Of a stretch of DNA of 32,254 nucleotides, positions 8,208 to 17,594 are shown in pieces. How positions within the stretch are numbered: the first letter of the stretch is position 1; every line of letters starts with the position of its first letter. The position numbers and the translations under genes are program-made. Origin of the DNA: Magnetospirillum sp. (GTDB lineage Bacteria; Pseudomonadota; Alphaproteobacteria; Rhodospirillales; Magnetospirillaceae); the NCBI GenBank assembly GCA_043744055.1, contig JAYTWE010000156.1:1-32254 (forward strand). Reading direction: 5' to 3'. The notes under the pieces were generated by a model. That model saw only the letters and a program-made list of their open reading frames with translations, was not told where the DNA came from and made no database searches.

Positions 8208-9349
8208 CCAAGAACGGAAGCGTTCGGATTCTCGTCAATGCCGTCCACTCCAAAAGCGGGGGAGGCTTGACCTATCTGCGCAATGTTTTGGCGCTGCTGG
8301 GCCAAGAGATGGATGTCCACGCCGTCATTCAAGCCGATCAGAAAGATGCCGTCGCTCCCATCTGCACCCAGGCCGGGGTAACGCTGCATGTGCTGCCCAC
8401 CTGGTCCAAACTGGGTACGGTTCTGGCCCAAGAGCAGATTTCAGTTCCCTTGCTGGGCCGCAAAATCAAAGCCGAAGTCATCTTCTCGCCCGCCAATTAC
8501 GGCCCTATTTTCGGTCCACCCACGGTGATCTTGCTGCGCAACGCCTTCGAGGTCGCTGCCTTGGAGGAGCGGTTATCGAAACGAGTCTATTGGTTGGCGG
8601 TCAAAATGCTGACCTGGGCCTGCTTCAAGACCTGCAACCGAGCCATCGTGGTCTCAGCTCATGCGGCCCGGACATTCCTGGCAGTCTTCGGCCTTGGAGA
8701 GGATGTTCGGCTCAGTGTGATCCATCACGGCGTCGGCCCGGCCTTCCATCCTCCGGCCCAGGGAGAAGAGCGAATTGCCGAACGGCTGCTTGCGGTCTCC
8801 GATCTCTATGTTCAAAAGAATTTCGAGACCTTGCTTCGCGCCGTGGCACTGCTGGCCCCGGATTATCCCGCCCTAAGGCTTGATATCGCGGGCAGGGAGC
8901 TGGACCCGGCCTATGCCGCCAGCCTTCGCACCCTTTGCGCCGAACTCGGTATCCGTGATCGCGTCACCTTCCTGGGAGGCTTGCCGCCCGATGACATCGC
9001 CGAGCTTTATCGTCGAGCCAAGGTTTTTGCCTTCCCCTCGCTCGTTGAGACATTCGGCAATCCTCTGGTGGAAGCCATGGCATCGGGCATTCCGATCGTC
9101 TGTTCCGATTCCGCCGCCATGCCTGAAATCACTGGCGGAGCCGCCTTACTGGCCCACCCCAACAACCCCGTCCACATGGCCGGGCATATCCGCAATCTGC
9201 TGAATGACGAGATACTTTGGCAGGACGTGTCCGCCAAGGGACTGGAGCGCGCCCAAGATTTCTCGTGGAAGCGAACCGCCGAACTGACCGCCCAAATCCT
9301 GCGCGAGGCGGCCAAACCCAAAATCTTGCGCGAAGCGGCCAAGCATTGA
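8204..9349 (+). CDS. Glycosyltransferase family 4 (GT-B; MtfB/WbpY-like)
   Basis: GGGLTY near the N-terminus, QKNFETLL and FAFPSLVETFGNPLVEAMASGIP (EX7E). ATG 8204 overlaps the upstream stop (ATGA). Confidence 0.92.
   Translation: MTKNGSVRILVNAVHSKSGGGLTYLRNVLALLGQEMDVHAVIQADQKDAVAPICTQAGVTLHVLPTWSKLGTVLAQEQISVPLLGRKIKAEVIFSPANYGPIFGPPTVILLRNAFEVAALEERLSKRVYWLAVKMLTWACFKTCNRAIVVSAHAARTFLAVFGLGEDVRLSVIHHGVGPAFHPPAQGEERIAERLLAVSDLYVQKNFETLLRAVALLAPDYPALRLDIAGRELDPAYAASLRTLCAELGIRDRVTFLGGLPPDDIAELYRRAKVFAFPSLVETFGNPLVEAMASGIPIVCSDSAAMPEITGGAALLAHPNNPVHMAGHIRNLLNDEILWQDVSAKGLERAQDFSWKRTAELTAQILREAAKPKILREAAKH
9294..9342 (+). repeat. Imperfect 22-bp direct repeat (27-nt period) at the 3' end of the GT4 gene
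   Basis: AAATCCTGCGCGAGGCGGCCAA (9294-9315) versus AAATCTTGCGCGAAGCGGCCAA (9321-9342). It encodes ILREAAK twice. Confidence 0.85.
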
Positions 9350-9404
9350 TGCGGTCTCAACCACGTGGCACCATGCCGCGCCATTACAGCAAGAGGATTG
9401 CCGA

Positions 9405-10136
9405 GTGAGAGTATCGTGGTCTTTGGGCGACTGGCGTCCCGCCATGCGCCAACTGGCCAATCCAGCCAGCGTGGCCATCACGGTGGATGACGCCCCTATG
9501 CCTGATTCCATGCCCGATATGCTGGACCTGCTGGATCGCTTCGACGCCAAGGCCACCTTCTTCATGAGCGGCTGCCGCGCCATCCTTGCCGATGATCTTG
9601 TGGCCGAGACGGTCAAGCGCGGCCACGCGGTCTATGCCCATGGCTGGGATCATGTGCGACTGGACCGGGAAAGCCCCCAACGGTTGACCGAGGATATGGA
9701 GCGCTGCGAGGCCCTGCTGGCCCGCCACCGCCCCACCCCATCGCCCTATCTGGTCCGGCTTCCCTATAACGGCGGCTGGCGCAATGCTGGCGTTCACCGA
9801 ACCTTGGCCCGCTGGCAACCCGGCTGCGTCGTGGTCCATTGGGGGCCGAGCACCGAAGATCATATGATTTCCACCCGCTGCTCACGCCCCGAGGACGTCG
9901 AGCGCGAATGCCAGAGCGAGGTTGATCGGCTGATGGCTGATCCCCGCCTTCCCGGCGGCATCATCTTGATGCATGACCAGCCCATCAACGACCGTCCCGG
10001 AGCCCCATTCAAGCCCGCCGTCACCATCACCTTGATGAGACTGCTGCTGGAGGGTCTCGCCGCCAAGGGGCTGAAATCCATCACCCTCCCACCGCCTCCG
10101 CCCCAAGCCTGGTGGCGGCGCTTTGCTTTGACCTAG
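9405..10136 (+). CDS. Polysaccharide deacetylase (CE4/NodB family)
   Basis: CE4 motifs ITVDDAP, ATFF, HGWDH, RLPY and IILMHD. AGAGGA RBS before GTG. Confidence 0.88.
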   Translation: MRVSWSLGDWRPAMRQLANPASVAITVDDAPMPDSMPDMLDLLDRFDAKATFFMSGCRAILADDLVAETVKRGHAVYAHGWDHVRLDRESPQRLTEDMERCEALLARHRPTPSPYLVRLPYNGGWRNAGVHRTLARWQPGCVVVHWGPSTEDHMISTRCSRPEDVERECQSEVDRLMADPRLPGGIILMHDQPINDRPGAPFKPAVTITLMRLLLEGLAAKGLKSITLPPPPPQAWWRRFALT

Positions 10137-10145
10137 GAGCTGCTC

Positions 10146-11297
10146 TTGCGCATCCTGCATACCATTCCCGGACGCAATTGGGGCGGCATGGAACATCGCA
10201 CCATGGAACAAGTGCGTTGGCTGAAGACCCATGGCCATGCGGTGTGGTTGGCTTCGCCCGCCGATGGCGAATCCTATCGCCGCGCCGAAGCGGCGGGTCT
10301 GCCGGTGCTGGATTTCAACTTCGACCGCCCGTGGCGGCCCGCTACCATCCGGCAGATGCGCAAACTGGTAATCGAGCGGGAGGTCGAGGTAATCGACACC
10401 CATGTCACCCGCGACGCCAAGGCTGCGACCGCCTGTCTGGACCTGTGCGCCGTGGTTCGTTCCCGCCATGTGAACCAGCCGTTGAAGCCCACCCCCATCC
10501 GTCGTCTGCAGTGGCGAATGGGGGCCGACCACATCATCACCGTGGCCGAATGCACCCGCCAACACCTGATGGAAATCGGGCTGGCCGACCCCAAACGCTC
10601 TACCTCTATCGGCGGCTGGGCTGATGAGCGCTTTTTCCAACTGCCCGATCCCATCGCCACCCGCGCCCGCCTACGGACGGAGTTGAAAATTGCCGAGTCG
10701 GACTATGTCTGGGTCTGCGTCGGCATGATCCGCCCCGACAAAGGCCAGGACCACCTGCTGGCGGCATTGGCGCTGCTGAAGACCAAGGGTCTGGAGCCCA
10801 CTCTGGTGGTGGTGGGCTCGGCCACCACGGAATGTGCCGATTATGAAACCGGCCTCTACCACCAGGTTGAAAGCCTGGGCCTGGGCGGCAAGGTCATTTT
10901 TACCGGCTATCGCGACGACGTCTCCGAAATGATGCAAATGGGCGACGCGGTGGTGATCCCGTCCCTGACCGAAGCCCAACCCCGCGTCGCGGTGCAAGCT
11001 TTTGCCGTGGGCAAGCCGGTGGTGGCCAGCGCGGTCGGCGGCGTGCCGGAAATCGTCTTTCACGGCGAAACCGGATTGCTGGTTCCCGCCGCCCAGCCGG
11101 ATAAACTGGCCGAGGCCATGGCCCAGGTCATGACCGATGCCGAGACCACCGCCATCATGGCGGCCAAGGCCCGCAAGATGGCGGAAGAGACCATGCGCTT
11201 CGACCACCGCATGGCCCAGACCCTGGAGACCTACCGCACCGCCATGGCCCGCGCCCGCAGCCGCGCCTTCCCCCGCTTCAAGGGGAATGGGTCATGA
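10146..11297 (+). CDS. Glycosyltransferase family 4
   Basis: MRILH...WGGME, VGMIRPDKGQ and PSLTEAQPRVAVQAFAVGKPVVASAVGGVPEIV. TTG start with AGGAG RBS. Confidence 0.92.
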   Translation: MRILHTIPGRNWGGMEHRTMEQVRWLKTHGHAVWLASPADGESYRRAEAAGLPVLDFNFDRPWRPATIRQMRKLVIEREVEVIDTHVTRDAKAATACLDLCAVVRSRHVNQPLKPTPIRRLQWRMGADHIITVAECTRQHLMEIGLADPKRSTSIGGWADERFFQLPDPIATRARLRTELKIAESDYVWVCVGMIRPDKGQDHLLAALALLKTKGLEPTLVVVGSATTECADYETGLYHQVESLGLGGKVIFTGYRDDVSEMMQMGDAVVIPSLTEAQPRVAVQAFAVGKPVVASAVGGVPEIVFHGETGLLVPAAQPDKLAEAMAQVMTDAETTAIMAAKARKMAEETMRFDHRMAQTLETYRTAMARARSRAFPRFKGNGS

Positions 11298-12049
11298 CAA
11301 CCTTAACCGCCCTGGTGGTCGTCTATAACGAGGAGAAGCGGCTGCCCTCTTGCCTGGACAAGCTGCGCTTCGCCGATGAGCTGGTGGTGGTGCTGGACAA
11401 ATGCACCGACCGTTCCAAGGAAATCGCCCTAAGCTTCGGTGCTCGCATCGTCGAGGGAAACTGGGACCGCGAGGGGGATCGCCGCAACACCGGCATCAAT
11501 GCCTGTACCAGCGACTGGGTGCTGGAGGTGGATGCCGACGAGCATGTTCCTTCCGTTCTGGCCGAAGAAATCCGCCGGGTCATCACCACCAGCCCCTTCG
11601 GCTGGCACGAAATCCTGGTGGATAATTTCATCGGTGAGCGTCTGGTTCGTCACGGCTGGGGGGCCAGCTACGGCAAAGCCGCCTATCCCGGCCTGTTCCG
11701 CAAGGAAGCGAAGACCTGGGGCAATGACCGCGTTCATCCCTCGCTGATCTGGCGGGGGAAAAAAGGCCCCATGCTGGAAAACAGGCTGCTGCACTATGTG
11801 GACAAGAACATCTCGGACATGATCCGACGGCTGGATTCCTATTCCACCGCGCGAGCCCGCGATCTGCGCGAGCGGGGCGAAACCTGGGGCGGCACCGCGT
11901 CGAATGTGCGGCGCCTGTTCAGCCGCTTCTTCAAATGCTATGTGCGCCGGGGCGGCTGGCGGGAAGGCGGCTACGGCTTCATCATCGCCATCTGCGCCGG
12001 GCTCTATCCCATGCTGTCGCATCTGAAAGCCAAGCACGAGAAGGAATAG
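11294..12049 (+). CDS. Glycosyltransferase family 2 (WaaE/LgtF-like beta-glycosyltransferase)
   Basis: VVYNEEKRLPSCL, CTDRSKEIA, DWVLEVDADE (DxD) and RVH...LLHY. ATGA overlap with the upstream gene. Confidence 0.9.
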   Translation: MTTLTALVVVYNEEKRLPSCLDKLRFADELVVVLDKCTDRSKEIALSFGARIVEGNWDREGDRRNTGINACTSDWVLEVDADEHVPSVLAEEIRRVITTSPFGWHEILVDNFIGERLVRHGWGASYGKAAYPGLFRKEAKTWGNDRVHPSLIWRGKKGPMLENRLLHYVDKNISDMIRRLDSYSTARARDLRERGETWGGTASNVRRLFSRFFKCYVRRGGWREGGYGFIIAICAGLYPMLSHLKAKHEKE

Positions 12050-12057
12050 TCCAGCGC

Positions 12058-12097
12058 GATACGACGTGATACACTGCATGACGCCGTATCTCAGGAG
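12058..12097 (+). promoter_or_regulatory. Putative TA promoter/operator
   Basis: Extended -10 TGATACACT (12067-12075). GATAC at 12058 and 12068 with inverted GTATC at 12086 are candidate RHH half-sites. AGGAG RBS at 12093-12097. Confidence 0.45.
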
Positions 12098-12105
12098 ACC
12101 CCGCC

Positions 12106-12387
12106 ATGGATGAACCCGCCGCCAAGGTCCAGATTTCGCTGCGCATCCCCGCCGAAATATTGGAGTCCTTCGACACCATCGCCAAGGGCATGGAGCGCGA
12201 CCGCAGCTGGGTGATGCTGCGCGCTCTGAAGCAGTATCTTGATGAGGAGGGGGCGGACGTGCTGCGCGAGTTGGAGGGGCTGGCCTCGGCCGAGCGCGGC
12301 GAGTTGGTCGACTTCGACGACGTGATGGCGGAAGCCGAGGAAATCATCCGCCAGGCTGAACAGCGACAGAAGTGCAAAGCCGGGTGA
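12106..12387 (+). CDS. CopG/ribbon-helix-helix antitoxin
   Basis: QISLRIPAEILESFDTIAKGMERDRSWVMLRALKQYL fits the RHH pattern. Acidic tail (EGLASAERGELVDFDDVM) is typical of ParE-associated antitoxins. Confidence 0.88.
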   Translation: MDEPAAKVQISLRIPAEILESFDTIAKGMERDRSWVMLRALKQYLDEEGADVLRELEGLASAERGELVDFDDVMAEAEEIIRQAEQRQKCKAG

Positions 12388-12671
12388 TGGTGTCGAAGCT
12401 CGCCCCTTTCACCGCTCCCGCCCGAGCATGGTTCCTGGCAGAGGTTGTCTTCCTCGCCGAGCGAAACCCCGCAGCCGCGACCAAGGTTATCGCTCAATTC
12501 CAGGCTGCTCGCCGAATGCTGGCCGAACATCCCGATATCGCACGTCCCGGCCCAACTCCGGGACTTCGCCGCTTCGTGGTTGGCCCCTATGTATTGACCG
12601 TCCGTCGCATGACCAACTCGGTCGAGATCCTGTCTATCCGCCACGGTCGACAGGCCGACAAGAAGGAATAG
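12384..12671 (+). CDS. RelE/ParE-family toxin
   Basis: About 95 aa, with FTAPARAW...LAERNPAAA, LAEHPDIARPG..PGLRRFVVGPYVL and VEILSIRHGRQ. The start overlaps the antitoxin stop (GTG 12384 or ATG 12387). Confidence 0.85.
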   Translation: MMVSKLAPFTAPARAWFLAEVVFLAERNPAAATKVIAQFQAARRMLAEHPDIARPGPTPGLRRFVVGPYVLTVRRMTNSVEILSIRHGRQADKKE

Positions 12672-12674
12672 AGC

Positions 12675-13715
12675 ATGGCCCGCATCGTGATGACCGACGA
12701 CGGCATCGTCTTCGACGGGGCCACCCTGGACGAGCGGCCGCTGGGCGGGGCCGAGACCTCGTTCATCGAGATGGCCAATGCCCTGGCGGCCCGTGGTCAT
12801 GAGGTCACCGTCTATAACAAATGCGAGACCGAGCGGGTCCATCGCGGCGTCACCTGGCGGCCCATCAGCCAGGGCGTACCGGACTCCGCCGATCTCTACA
12901 TCGCCAATCGCGGCGACAAGCTGATCCGCCTGTGCCCCAAGGCCAAGAAGACCATCTTCTGGATTCATAATCCCGCCGGTTACCTGTTGAAGTGGCGTTA
13001 TCAGTGGAAGCTGGCGCTTCGCCGTCCGGTGATCGTGTTTTCCGGCGCCAGTCACGCCGCCACCTATCCCGGCTGGGGCTTTTGCGGCGGGCGCGAGACC
13101 ATCCTCTACGGCCTCACAGACCTGTTCTGCCACGCCGAGGAGCGGGCCGAGCCGCCGCCGCCGCGCGTGGTGTTTACCTCGAACCCCATGCGCTCGTTGA
13201 ACTGGCTGCTGGATGTGTGGGAAGCCCGCATCCGCCCGGCAATCCCCAACGCCGAATTGCATGTCTTCGCCGGAATGGCCACCTATGGCACGGCGGGCGC
13301 CGCCAAAGCCGGCAAAATGGGACCAGTGCTGGAGCGCGCCGCTGCCCTTGTCGACAAAGGCGTAATCTTGCGCGGCCCCGTTCCCAAGACCCAGTTGGTG
13401 GATGAACTGGCCCAGGCCCGCGCCCTGCTCTATCGCGGCGACATGGGCGAGACCTTCTGTTCCGCCGTGGCCGAAGCCCAGGCCATGGGCCTACCCATCG
13501 TGTTGGAAGACATCGCCTGTATGAGCGAACGGGTGATCGAGGGCGAGACCGGTTACTGCGTCAAAGGCCCCGATGCCTTCGCCAAGGCCAGCATCCGCCT
13601 CCTGACCGATGATGCGCTATGGCGGCGCTTCCATCGTGCATGTCTCGCCAAGCAGCGGACATGGCGCTGGGACCATGCGGCGGCGGAGTTCGAGCGGGTC
13701 GGGCGCCTCACCTAA
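12675..13715 (+). CDS. Glycosyltransferase family 4 (GT-B)
   Basis: PLGGAETSF, FTSNPMRSL and ETFCSAVAEAQAMGLP (EX7E). Confidence 0.88.
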   Translation: MARIVMTDDGIVFDGATLDERPLGGAETSFIEMANALAARGHEVTVYNKCETERVHRGVTWRPISQGVPDSADLYIANRGDKLIRLCPKAKKTIFWIHNPAGYLLKWRYQWKLALRRPVIVFSGASHAATYPGWGFCGGRETILYGLTDLFCHAEERAEPPPPRVVFTSNPMRSLNWLLDVWEARIRPAIPNAELHVFAGMATYGTAGAAKAGKMGPVLERAAALVDKGVILRGPVPKTQLVDELAQARALLYRGDMGETFCSAVAEAQAMGLPIVLEDIACMSERVIEGETGYCVKGPDAFAKASIRLLTDDALWRRFHRACLAKQRTWRWDHAAAEFERVGRLT

Positions 13716-15739
13716 CCGCAACATCCGCCCACACGCCGCCCCCTGGGGGCATCGCCGATCCATTTGCGGTGCCAGCAGACGGTGTTGTACAGCACCCAGA
13801 TGGGCAGTGAAGTATCGCGGCGGCCTTGGCGGTGATCGTCGATCATGGCCGCCACCGCCTTCTTGGAAAAGCCGAAGCGGTCCAGCAGGGTCGAGGATAG
13901 AATCTCGCTTTCCACCCTGCGGCCGAACTCGCCGCGCAACCACTGGGACATGGGGGCACCGAACCCCATTTTGGGCCGGTCGATGATCTCGTCGGGCAGC
14001 AGACCGCGCAAAGCCTGTTTCAACAGCGCCTTGGCTCCACCTGCTATTTTATCGGCCTGAGGGATATTAAGGGCGAATTCCACCAGATCCCGATCCAAGA
14101 AGGGGACGCGAGCCTCGATGGACTGCCCCATGGTGATCTTGTCCACCCGCATCAGCAGCAGTTCCGGCAAACGCAAGCGGAACTCGGCATGGGTCATCCG
14201 CATCAACTGATCGCGGCCGGGGAAATCGCGATCGAACTCCGCCATGAAGCTTCCCGCAACCGCAGCACTATCTGGAGCCAGCCAGGATTCAGGCAGCAAG
14301 CCCAAATCGGCCATCTCCCCGGCCTTACCGACCGAGCAAAAGGGCTGGGGATCGGGGATCAGCCCACGCTTCTGGCCGTCCCACAACGACACCGCACCGG
14401 TCCAAAACAGCTCACCATCGGCCTCGGCCGCACGACGGATAATGTCCAGCTTGGCCCCCAGATCGGGCCGCGCCCAAGTCGCCATGGCGGCAAGCTCTCC
14501 CGCAACCGCCCGAAGCGGCCCTGGCATCCATTTGCGCCACGGCCCCCAGGCCCGCCGATGCAAATCCAGCCACGTCATCCAACTGGGATAGCCGCAGAAC
14601 AGCTCGTCGGCGCCCTCGCCCACCTGCACGACCTTGACCCCGGCATGGCGCACCACCGAGGACACAAAATGCAACGGGATGCAGACCCAATCGGCGATGG
14701 GCTCGTCCTGGGTCTGAACCAGCTCATCCAGATAGCCTTCCATATCATCGCCGGAAATGCGGATCACATGGTGTTCGGTACCGAAATGCCGTGCGACCTT
14801 TTGCGCCCAGTCCAACTCATTCAAATGCTGGTGGTCGGAAAAGCCGATGGTGAAGGTGTTGACTCGTCCCCCGGCCAGACGGCTCATCAGCCCCACCAGC
14901 GCCGAGGAATCCACTCCCCCCGACAGGAAAGCCCCCACCGGCACATCGGCGGCCAGATGGCTGGCCACCGAAGCCTCCAGCCGCGAGCGGATACCCTGGA
15001 CAAAGAAGTCGCGCCGGGCAGAATCCGACAGACCGGCCGGAACCGCCTCTCCCAATCCGGGAACCGCCCGCCACCAGCGCCGCGCCGACAGCTTGCCCGC
15101 CGAATCCACCTCCATCAGATGACCGGCTGGCAGCTTGAACACGCCATCAAACAGAGTCAGCGGCGCCGGAGGAGTCAGGAAGGACAAGGTATGCCACAAG
15201 GCGGGAGCACAGACATCGCGCTCCAAACCGGGATGAGCCAACAGGCCCTTGATCTCGGACGCGAAGGCAAAGGTGCCGTCGATGCGGGTGAAGTAAAGCG
15301 GCTTGATCCCCACCCGGTCACGGGCCAGCAGCAACTTTGCCTTATCCCCATCCCATAAGGCGAAGGCGAACATGCCCGACAGGCGGTTCAGCAGCCCCTC
15401 GCCGCCCCATTGTTCATAGCCGTGGACCAGAACCTCGGTATCGGAATGGTCGCTGCGAAAGACATGGCCCGCCTCGACCAATTCCCGCCGCAAGGCCAGA
15501 TGATTGTAAATCTCACCGTTAAAGGTGACGACGATGCTGCCATCCTCGTTGGTCATGGGCTGAGACGCCGCCTCGGCCAGATCCAAAATGGACAAACGGC
15601 GATGAGCCAGCCCCACCCGACCATCCGGCGACAGCCACAGACCGGCCCCATCCGGCCCCCGATGGGTCATGGCGTCGCGCATGACGGTCAGCAGACCACC
15701 ATGAACTCCCGGCCCCATCAACCCGGCTATGCCGCACAT
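13712..15739 (-). CDS. asnB: Asparagine synthase (glutamine-hydrolysing)-family amidotransferase, glycan-associated, copy 1
   Basis: N-terminal MCGIAG, HRGPD, HRRLSILDL, FNGEIYN, FLSGGVDSS, GEGADELF, EARVPFLD and RPKMGF. Confidence 0.93.
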   Translation of the reverse strand: MCGIAGLMGPGVHGGLLTVMRDAMTHRGPDGAGLWLSPDGRVGLAHRRLSILDLAEAASQPMTNEDGSIVVTFNGEIYNHLALRRELVEAGHVFRSDHSDTEVLVHGYEQWGGEGLLNRLSGMFAFALWDGDKAKLLLARDRVGIKPLYFTRIDGTFAFASEIKGLLAHPGLERDVCAPALWHTLSFLTPPAPLTLFDGVFKLPAGHLMEVDSAGKLSARRWWRAVPGLGEAVPAGLSDSARRDFFVQGIRSRLEASVASHLAADVPVGAFLSGGVDSSALVGLMSRLAGGRVNTFTIGFSDHQHLNELDWAQKVARHFGTEHHVIRISGDDMEGYLDELVQTQDEPIADWVCIPLHFVSSVVRHAGVKVVQVGEGADELFCGYPSWMTWLDLHRRAWGPWRKWMPGPLRAVAGELAAMATWARPDLGAKLDIIRRAAEADGELFWTGAVSLWDGQKRGLIPDPQPFCSVGKAGEMADLGLLPESWLAPDSAAVAGSFMAEFDRDFPGRDQLMRMTHAEFRLRLPELLLMRVDKITMGQSIEARVPFLDRDLVEFALNIPQADKIAGGAKALLKQALRGLLPDEIIDRPKMGFGAPMSQWLRGEFGRRVESEILSSTLLDRFGFSKKAVAAMIDDHRQGRRDTSLPIWVLYNTVCWHRKWIGDAPRGRRVGGCCG

Positions 15740-15792
15740 GTCTTCATCCCCGCTGAGGCTGCCTCTGGTTCACAAGGGGGGGCCTTTAGGGT

Positions 15793-16878
15793 TCAACGCT
15801 TCCAAACCAGAATGGTCGTGACGGCATAGTTCCACACCGCACCGAAGGTGGCACCCATTAATCCGGCCATCCACCACGGAACCCCGTGCCCGTTCAGAAG
15901 TGATCCAATCCCGACGCTGGCGACTGCGCCCACGGCGCAGACCGCCATGAACCGGAAGAGCCCGCCTGCCAGCCGAACGCCCCTCAGCCGTAGATCGCGA
16001 TGGGTGAACAGGTTGTTAAGGCTGAAATTCAGCACCATGGCCGCCACCGCCGCCAGGGTCTGACCGGTGACAAAGGCGGCCCCGGCCAGATTAAGGGCGG
16101 CTCCCAACACCGCCAAGTGGAGCACAGCGCCGATGGCCCCAACGCTGACGAACATGAGAAAGCGGACAGGAACTACATGGCCGAACAGCTTCTCGTAGAG
16201 CAGCAATCCGTATTCATAAATCACCATGCTGTCGAGCTTGCTTTCCCCGGACACCCGGTTACGGAACACGAAGGGAAGCTCGCGGACCCGGACCGGCTCA
16301 TGGGCGGAAGCCAGGATATCCAGCAGGATCTTGAACCCTTTGCCCGACAGACACGGCAAGGCTTGCTCCAACACGCCGCGCTTCAACATGAAAAAACCGC
16401 TCATGGGGTCGGCAACCTCCACCTTCAGCAGCTTCTGGCTGAGCACAGTGGCAATGCTGCTGATCCGGCGGCGGTCCCGCCGCCAACCGCCCACGGACCC
16501 GCCATCCACATAACGGCTTCCAATCACCAGATCGGCCTGATCCTGGCGCAGAACCTCGAACATATCGGGGAGCAAGGCCTCGTCATGCTGGAGATCGGCA
16601 TCCATTACCGCGAGGACCGGCGCAAGACTGGACAGCATTCCCTCGATACAAGCCGAGGACAGGCCCCGGCGGCCCACCCGGTGCAGCAGGCGGACCCGGC
16701 TGTCGGCCGCCGCCAGTTCGGCAATGGCGGCGCGGGTTCCGTCAGAGGAGTCGTCATCGACGAAAATCACCTCCCACCGCAGCCCGTCCAGGCAAACCAC
16801 CAAACGCCGGACCAGCTCGGCCACATTGCCCTGTTCGTTGAGGGTGGGAATAATGATGGCGAGATCGGGGAAGGCCAC
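15793..16878 (-). CDS. Polyprenol-phosphate glycosyltransferase (DPM1/GtrB-like GT2) fused to a C-terminal GtrA domain
   Basis: IIIPTLNE, VDDDSSDGT, VMDADLQHD, GSRYV, DPMSGFF and GESKL, then four TM segments with NF.LNN.FT and VWNY. GTG 16878 has a GGAG RBS and overlaps the upstream TAG. Confidence 0.9.
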   Translation of the reverse strand: MAFPDLAIIIPTLNEQGNVAELVRRLVVCLDGLRWEVIFVDDDSSDGTRAAIAELAAADSRVRLLHRVGRRGLSSACIEGMLSSLAPVLAVMDADLQHDEALLPDMFEVLRQDQADLVIGSRYVDGGSVGGWRRDRRRISSIATVLSQKLLKVEVADPMSGFFMLKRGVLEQALPCLSGKGFKILLDILASAHEPVRVRELPFVFRNRVSGESKLDSMVIYEYGLLLYEKLFGHVVPVRFLMFVSVGAIGAVLHLAVLGAALNLAGAAFVTGQTLAAVAAMVLNFSLNNLFTHRDLRLRGVRLAGGLFRFMAVCAVGAVASVGIGSLLNGHGVPWWMAGLMGATFGAVWNYAVTTILVWKR

Positions 16879-17594
16879 TATTTCTCTCCGATACCCAGCA
16901 ACAGAAAACCTAACCGGTCCACCAGGAAACGGGGTTCCAACGCGGCCACCCGGTCCGCCAGATCCCATCCTAGGACAGCGGCGAAGGGCGCGACCAACAG
17001 AAAGCCCTCCACCCTGACGCCCTTGAACCCCGCTCGCCGCAGCAGATCGGCCAGCCGATGGCGGTCAAGGCGGTTGATGTGCTGATCGGCATAGGACACC
17101 TCGCCCAGCCGGTTGACCATGGCCTCTAGCAGCGGCCACAGGCTGCGGTAGTTGGGCGAGGTGATCACAAACCGCCCGCCGGGGGCCAGAACCCGATAAG
17201 CCTCGCGCAGCAGGGCAAGGGCGGCATCCGGCTCCAGATGCTCCACCAGTTCGATGATGGTGACCAGATCAAAGCCGCCATCCGGGAAGGGAAGCGGGCC
17301 TGGGGCGATCACCTCGAACCGATGAGCATCCATCTGGTAATGGGCGCGGGCATAGGCGATCTGCGCCTCCGCCAGATCGACTCCCACCACCTGGGCAGCG
17401 CTATCCAAGCTGCCCACGAAGGTCCCAGCGCCACAGCCGATATCCAGATGTGACCGCCGCCCGGCGATCTCGACCCGCACCCGGTCGAATTTCAGGTGGT
17501 GCCACTTTGACTGCACCCCAGTCCGGCGATGGAAGACTTGATCGTAATAGCCGACCGGAATGGAATCATAATCGAAATCGGCTGGCTCAGACAT
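16878..17594 (-). CDS. Class I SAM-dependent methyltransferase
   Basis: LDIGCGAG, VGVDLA, LPFPDGGFDLV..ELVEHL and RVLAPGGRFVITSPN. ATG 17594 overlaps the upstream gene's end. Confidence 0.9.
   Translation of the reverse strand: MSEPADFDYDSIPVGYYDQVFHRRTGVQSKWHHLKFDRVRVEIAGRRSHLDIGCGAGTFVGSLDSAAQVVGVDLAEAQIAYARAHYQMDAHRFEVIAPGPLPFPDGGFDLVTIIELVEHLEPDAALALLREAYRVLAPGGRFVITSPNYRSLWPLLEAMVNRLGEVSYADQHINRLDRHRLADLLRRAGFKGVRVEGFLLVAPFAAVLGWDLADRVAALEPRFLVDRLGFLLLGIGEK

Larger units (their letters stand above)
12039..12671 (+). repeat. 11-bp direct repeats bracketing the TA module
   Basis: AGAAGGAATAG occurs at 12039-12049 and 12661-12671. Confidence 0.8.

Noticed and set aside
11982-13262. 426-aa antisense ORF across the TA module and GT4
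   Set aside because: It is a shadow ORF opposite three well-supported genes, expected in high-GC DNA, with no motifs.
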